Positions 6,328-7,527 of a DNA stretch of 7,527 nucleotides are shown one piece after another (within the stretch, counting starts at the first letter, position 1; each line of letters starts with the position of its first letter). Below the pieces are notes generated by a model. The model was not told the origin of the DNA. It saw only the letters and a list, made by a program, of their open reading frames with translations, and did no database searches. Both the position numbers and the translations under genes were made by a program. The stretch is taken from the IMG/VR virus record IMGVR_UViG_3300005859_000117, positions 1-7,527 of that record. One strand, 5' to 3'.

Positions 6328-6890
6328 TAAGTAGATATTTGTTTTTTAAGACACTGCTAGTTGTTATTTTTTCAATTACTTACGCGTTTGTTGAAGTAAA
6401 AACGCCGTTTTATCTTTACATTAATCCCTATATTTATCGCGTAATTTATTTCATTTTCTTTTTTGTAATTTCATTAGTTCCAAGTGTAACGTTAACATTT
6501 TCACTTTTTCTCTACAGTATGACGCTTGAGGACGTTTTCTATTGGATTCTTGATAATGAGTTACCGTTCAATTACGCTTGGTATTACCCCGTTTATTATC
6601 ATATTCCGATTGATGATGCCATAGAAGTTACAGTTGCAACTATCTTGTTGAAGCTCGGAAGTTCTAATTTCAAAACTCCAGAGTTTCATAATTCAGAATC
6701 TTGCAGAATGTGGTATTATTTTGTTCATGGGAAAACTCATGATTTATACGGCTTGCTTGCTCTAGTTCTGTTAAATATTATTTTATACTTTGCAACTAAT
6801 ATTTCTTTAGTTAAGTTTATTGCAATTGCAGATATTGTAATATCTACGGGAATATTTGTAGATTTGTGGAGTCACTGTTTTCATCATTAG
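6324..6890 (+). CDS. Multi-pass membrane protein (188 aa, about 5-6 TM)
   Basis: Hydrophobic segments, an EDVFYW motif and His clusters (HGKTHD, WSHCFHH). Translationally coupled to the upstream gene. Confidence 0.85.
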   Translation: MISRYLFFKTLLVVIFSITYAFVEVKTPFYLYINPYIYRVIYFIFFFVISLVPSVTLTFSLFLYSMTLEDVFYWILDNELPFNYAWYYPVYYHIPIDDAIEVTVATILLKLGSSNFKTPEFHNSESCRMWYYFVHGKTHDLYGLLALVLLNIILYFATNISLVKFIAIADIVISTGIFVDLWSHCFHH

Positions 6891-6895
6891 ATACT

Positions 6896-6907
6896 TATTT
6901 ATTTGTC
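6896..6907 (+). promoter_or_regulatory. TATA-like + GTC promoter of the svtR-like gene
   Basis: TATTTATTTGTC, 28 nt before ATG 6936. Confidence 0.55.
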
Positions 6908-6935
6908 AATATCACTTTTTAAAAATTGAGAGAAA

Positions 6936-7082
6936 ATGCAAGAAGAAAAAGTAAGTTTTGGGATAGTAATTTCAAGAGAACTAAAAACTAGACTGAAAAT
7001 GTATTGTGCTAAAAATGATAAAAAAATAAAAGATGTGATATCAGAAGCTTTAGATGAATATCTCAAAAAGAGGGGCTTCTAA
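6936..7082 (+). CDS. svtR: SvtR-like RHH transcriptional repressor (48 aa; absent from the ORF track)
   Basis: Manual translation MQEEKVSFGIVISRELKTRLKMYCAKNDKKIKDVISEALDEYLKKRGF. Shares FGI...LKTRLKxYCAKN...EAxxEYLxKR with SIRV1 SvtR (ORF56b) as I recall it. Confidence 0.9.
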   Translation: MQEEKVSFGIVISRELKTRLKMYCAKNDKKIKDVISEALDEYLKKRGF

Positions 7083-7088
7083 TCTCCG

Positions 7089-7107
7089 CTCAGTCGTTAG
7101 GACTGAG
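7089..7107. repeat. 7-bp perfect hairpin at a convergent gene junction
   Basis: CTCAGTC-GTTAG-GACTGAG. The loop contains the stop codon of the minus-strand gene. Confidence 0.6.
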
Positions 7108-7297
7108 TTTCGTAAGATACTTCTATTTTTTTAACTCCGACAAATTTTTTATGACAATTAGGGCATTCATAATTTAATGATTTTAGAAGTTCAGCATTTG
7201 AATATAGCTTGATGCTTAGTAAATCGTAAGCTCTTGCATCTAATAATGTATATCCGCAATAGCCACACTTATAAACAACACGGACTCCTTTTTTCAT
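7097..7297 (-). CDS. C4 zinc-ribbon protein (66 aa)
   Basis: YKCGYCG ... CPNCH, two CxxC pairs. TATA+GTC promoter 18 nt upstream. Confidence 0.85.
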   Translation of the reverse strand: MKKGVRVVYKCGYCGYTLLDARAYDLLSIKLYSNAELLKSLNYECPNCHKKFVGVKKIEVSYETQS

Positions 7298-7315
7298 AAT
7301 TCAAAAGCTTGAGTT

Positions 7316-7327
7316 GACAAATTTAAG
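7316..7327 (-). promoter_or_regulatory. TATA+GTC promoter (leaderless)
   Basis: Minus strand CTTAAATTTGTC, 18 nt from ATG 7297. Confidence 0.65.
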
Positions 7328-7500
7328 ACTATTCTACGTTCTGCAGATATTCAAAATATTCATTATAAGCAATTTGTTGATTCCAGACTTTTGCAAACTC
7401 TAAGCTATATTATTTATATTAGGAATATTGCTTGACTTATTTCACTCTATAGAGAAATAGATAAATTTTTAAATGATAAAAGCGAATTATATAGATAGTG

Positions 7501-7527
7501 ATGCAAATGAAAATAAGAAGTATACAA
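7501..7527 (+). CDS. Probable 5' end of a gene running off the window (MQMKIRSIQ...)
   Basis: TATA TTTTTAAA (7466-7473) lies about 27 nt upstream and the frame is open to the window end. A second frame from ATG 7473 is also open, so the frame is uncertain. Confidence 0.4.

Noticed and set aside
7328-7450. Protein-like minus-strand fragment (SLEFAKVWNQQIAYNEYFEYLQNVE*)
   Set aside because: No start codon after the upstream in-frame TAA, and too short to call a pseudogene without homology.
1-7527. CRISPR mini-array, tRNA or IS element (prompted by the Cas4 and HUH genes)
   Set aside because: No regularly spaced repeats, cloverleaf or element ends found. The HUH protein fits rudiviral Rep rather than IS200/605 TnpA.

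Overview
This AT-rich window is most likely from a linear dsDNA virus of Sulfolobales, almost certainly a rudivirus (SIRV-like). The assignment rests on protein motifs and on my recall of SIRV proteins; I ran no database search. The centre is the rudiviral replication module: a minus-strand SSB (SIRV2 gp17-like), AAA+ ATPase (gp18-like) and Cas4-like nuclease (gp19-like), plus a divergent HUH Rep (gp16-like). A probable tandem-RHH regulator lies between SSB and Rep. A 48-aa SvtR-like RHH repressor (6936-7082) is missing from the ORF track. The left end carries small plus-strand genes that are candidate anti-defence genes, preceded by a possibly frameshifted gene remnant. A three-gene block (2-TM protein, 230-aa protein, multi-TM protein) lies between Rep and SvtR. 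Eight promoters show a TATA+GTC signature, five with 18-19 nt to the ATG, and this corrects some ORF starts. I found no tRNA, rRNA, CRISPR array or IS element. The core is known biology; the new candidates are the inserted membrane cassette, the anti-defence genes and the regulatory architecture.
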